A stretch of DNA of 64,000 nucleotides from Octopus sinensis (Eukaryota). The stretch covers positions 6,510,001 to 6,574,000 of the forward strand of contig NC_043017.1 in NCBI RefSeq assembly GCF_006345805.1. The letters are read 5' to 3'. A program made the translations under genes and the position numbers. Shown in pieces: positions 62,199-64,000 of the stretch. The notes below the pieces were generated by a model. The model ran no database searches and had not been told where the DNA came from. It saw nothing but the letters and a program-made list of their open reading frames with translations. Numbering within the stretch: the stretch's first letter is position 1; every line of letters begins with the position of its first letter.

Positions 62199-62529
62199 GT
62201 GTATGGTATATTTATATACTTACATATAGATACAAAGGGATAGACAAATTGATAGAAACATACAAACACGCACCCCCCACCCCCGCCCCCACACTTGCAC
62301 TTTCTTATTTATCTGATATAAACAATATAATATTTAAATATTCTGAACTCATTAATGTTCGTGTCATGTCTGAACAGGGCCAGTCATGTTGTTGTTACGC
62401 TGATGTTGTTGGTGTTGGTGTTGTTCTCCTTGTTGGCGTTGTTACTGTTGTTGCTATGTATAAACAGAAAACTAGCAAATCAGCTGAAAGGCTTTTAAGA
62501 GCTGACATGAGCGCCAATAGTTTGTATTA

Positions 62530-62593
62530 ATCGTAGTGGTGGTGACGGTGGTGGTGGTAGTAGAGATGCTGGTATTAGTAGTGGTGATGGTGG

Positions 62594-62643
<50 letters not shown>

Positions 62644-63100
62644 CAGTAGTAGTAGTGGTGGTGGTGGTGGTGGTCATGGTGTTAGTGATTATAGAGGTGG
62701 TGGACGTGGGTGTGTTAGTAATTGTTGTCATGATGTGGTGGTTGTGGTAGTGGTGGTTGCGGTGGTGGTTGTGGTAGTGGTGGTCGGGGTTGTGGTAGTA
62801 GTGATAGTGGTGGTGGTAGTGTTGGTTGTGATAGTGGTGGTTATGGTGGTGGTAGTGTTGGTTGCGGTGCTGGTAGTGGTGGTTGTGGTTGTGGTAGTGG
62901 TGGCTGTGATAGTGGTGGTTGTGGTAGTGGTTGTGATAGTGGTAGCTGTGGTGCTAGTAGTGGTGCCAGTGGTGGCCATAGCAGTGATGGTAGTGTAGTG
63001 GTAGTGGTGGCAACAGTTATAACGATAATAGCAAATGGTGGCAATGATGGTGGTAGTAGCAGCAGCAGCAGCTGCGTGTGTGTGTGTGTGTGTGTGTGTG
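62530..63100. repeat. (GTA/GTG)n trinucleotide field; similar fields at 1-110, 8700-9070, 10800-11400, 13640-13800, 25030-25300, 33910-34200, 47680-48500, 50310-50520 and 58680-59160
   Basis: Read directly from the sequence. Confidence 0.9.
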
Positions 63101-63483
63101 GAAGTGGACACCTTGTTTGCTAATAAATGACAACTAAACTAACATAATCATCCAATCGTACCTAATGGCCATCTTTTTCTTATTAAAATATTTATTAAAC
63201 TCTTTCTGGATTTACCACTTGGCTCTCGGGGCCTTGTTTCTTTGTTTTGATGTTTTGATTTTTTTTTTCTTTTTCCAGATTTTATTTTGTGGCCAGTTGG
63301 CATTTTCTTTGGATATGGGGTTTTGGGTGGGGTTCAAGCTGTGGTTGGGGTAGAGTCTTTCTTCTTCAACATCTCTCTCATTGTATTATTCCTTCAGCTT
63401 TCCTTTAATTTTATTGCTATATTTCCTCTTTGTTTTTTCTTTCACTCATTCCCTCTTTCTATCTACCTATCTATCTATCTATC

Positions 63484-63514
<31 letters not shown>

Positions 63515-63699
63515 CTATCTGCCTGTCCATCAATCTATCAGGTTGTCTCTCTATCCATCCATCTATTTAGATAACTGTTTATTAGTCTGCTTATTTGTCT
63601 CTCTGTCTATCTTCTTATCTATCTTTATGTCTATCCATCCATCCATCTATCCCTTTGTCTATCTATCTATCTATCTATCTACCCACCTACCTACAGTGA

Positions 63700-63821
63700 A
63701 ATTTGAACTCAGAGCGTAACCACGGGCGAAATACCACTAAGCATTTTGTCTTGTGTGCTAACGATTCTACCAGCTTGCCACCTTAATAATAATAATAATG
63801 ATAATAATAATAATGATAATA

Positions 63822-63852
<31 letters not shown>

Positions 63853-64000
63853 TAATAATTAATTCTTTTTTATTGGCCACAAGGTTTGTAATTTGTGGGG
63901 AGGGGGTAAGTTGATCACATCGATGGTTTTTACTGGTACTTAATTTATTGACCCCGATAGGATGAAAGGCAAAGTCGACCTTGGCAGAATTTGAACTCAG
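63700..64000 (-). mobile_element. SINE family B copies separated by (TAA)n
   Basis: Reverse complement of the head (63700-63785) and of the central domain (63860-64000). Another copy at 56975-57180. Confidence 0.75.

Noticed and set aside
1036-63719. The great majority of ORFs in the supplied track (poly YIHT, MYVC, LSIY, VCVC, poly-T/V/D/H and similar)
   Set aside because: They are translations of microsatellites that lack stops by composition, with no domain content or coherent splice structure.

Overview
Eukaryotic genomic DNA, very probably from an octopod cephalopod. This is inferred from the extreme microsatellite load and from SINE/RTE families of the kind I associate with octopus genomes. 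One protein-coding gene can be built by hand on the minus strand from 8 GT-AG coding exons: 25697-25632, 25001-24891, 22468-22400, 11521-11422, 9419-9303, 8648-8554, 7571-7450 and 3770-3547. All splice phases are compatible, giving about 301 codons. The product is a class-V PLP enzyme of the Egt2 / plant L-cysteine desulfhydrase / CefD branch (motifs NHGAFG, SNATT, TYGAV, FDHI, DGAH, SNAHKW); its C-terminal exons probably lie left of position 1. The rest of the window is repeats: tRNA-derived SINEs, RTE LINE 3' ends and an RT fragment with a 5' inversion, a Dong/R4-like LINE end inside (TAA)n, mariner, hAT, piggyBac and Helitron-type non-autonomous elements, minisatellites, microsatellite fields and a 100-N gap. 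Almost every ORF in the supplied track is a microsatellite artefact. The most unusual signal is a set of minimal type-I hammerhead-ribozyme motifs with palindromic stem III, of the kind carried by Penelope-like elements. One family sits in a foldback element and has the core GUGAACA instead of CUGANGA, a compensatory G3:C8 swap. Its intact copy lies in the sense strand of intron 3 of the gene. A 97-bp tandem repeat also replicates the splice acceptor of exon 5.
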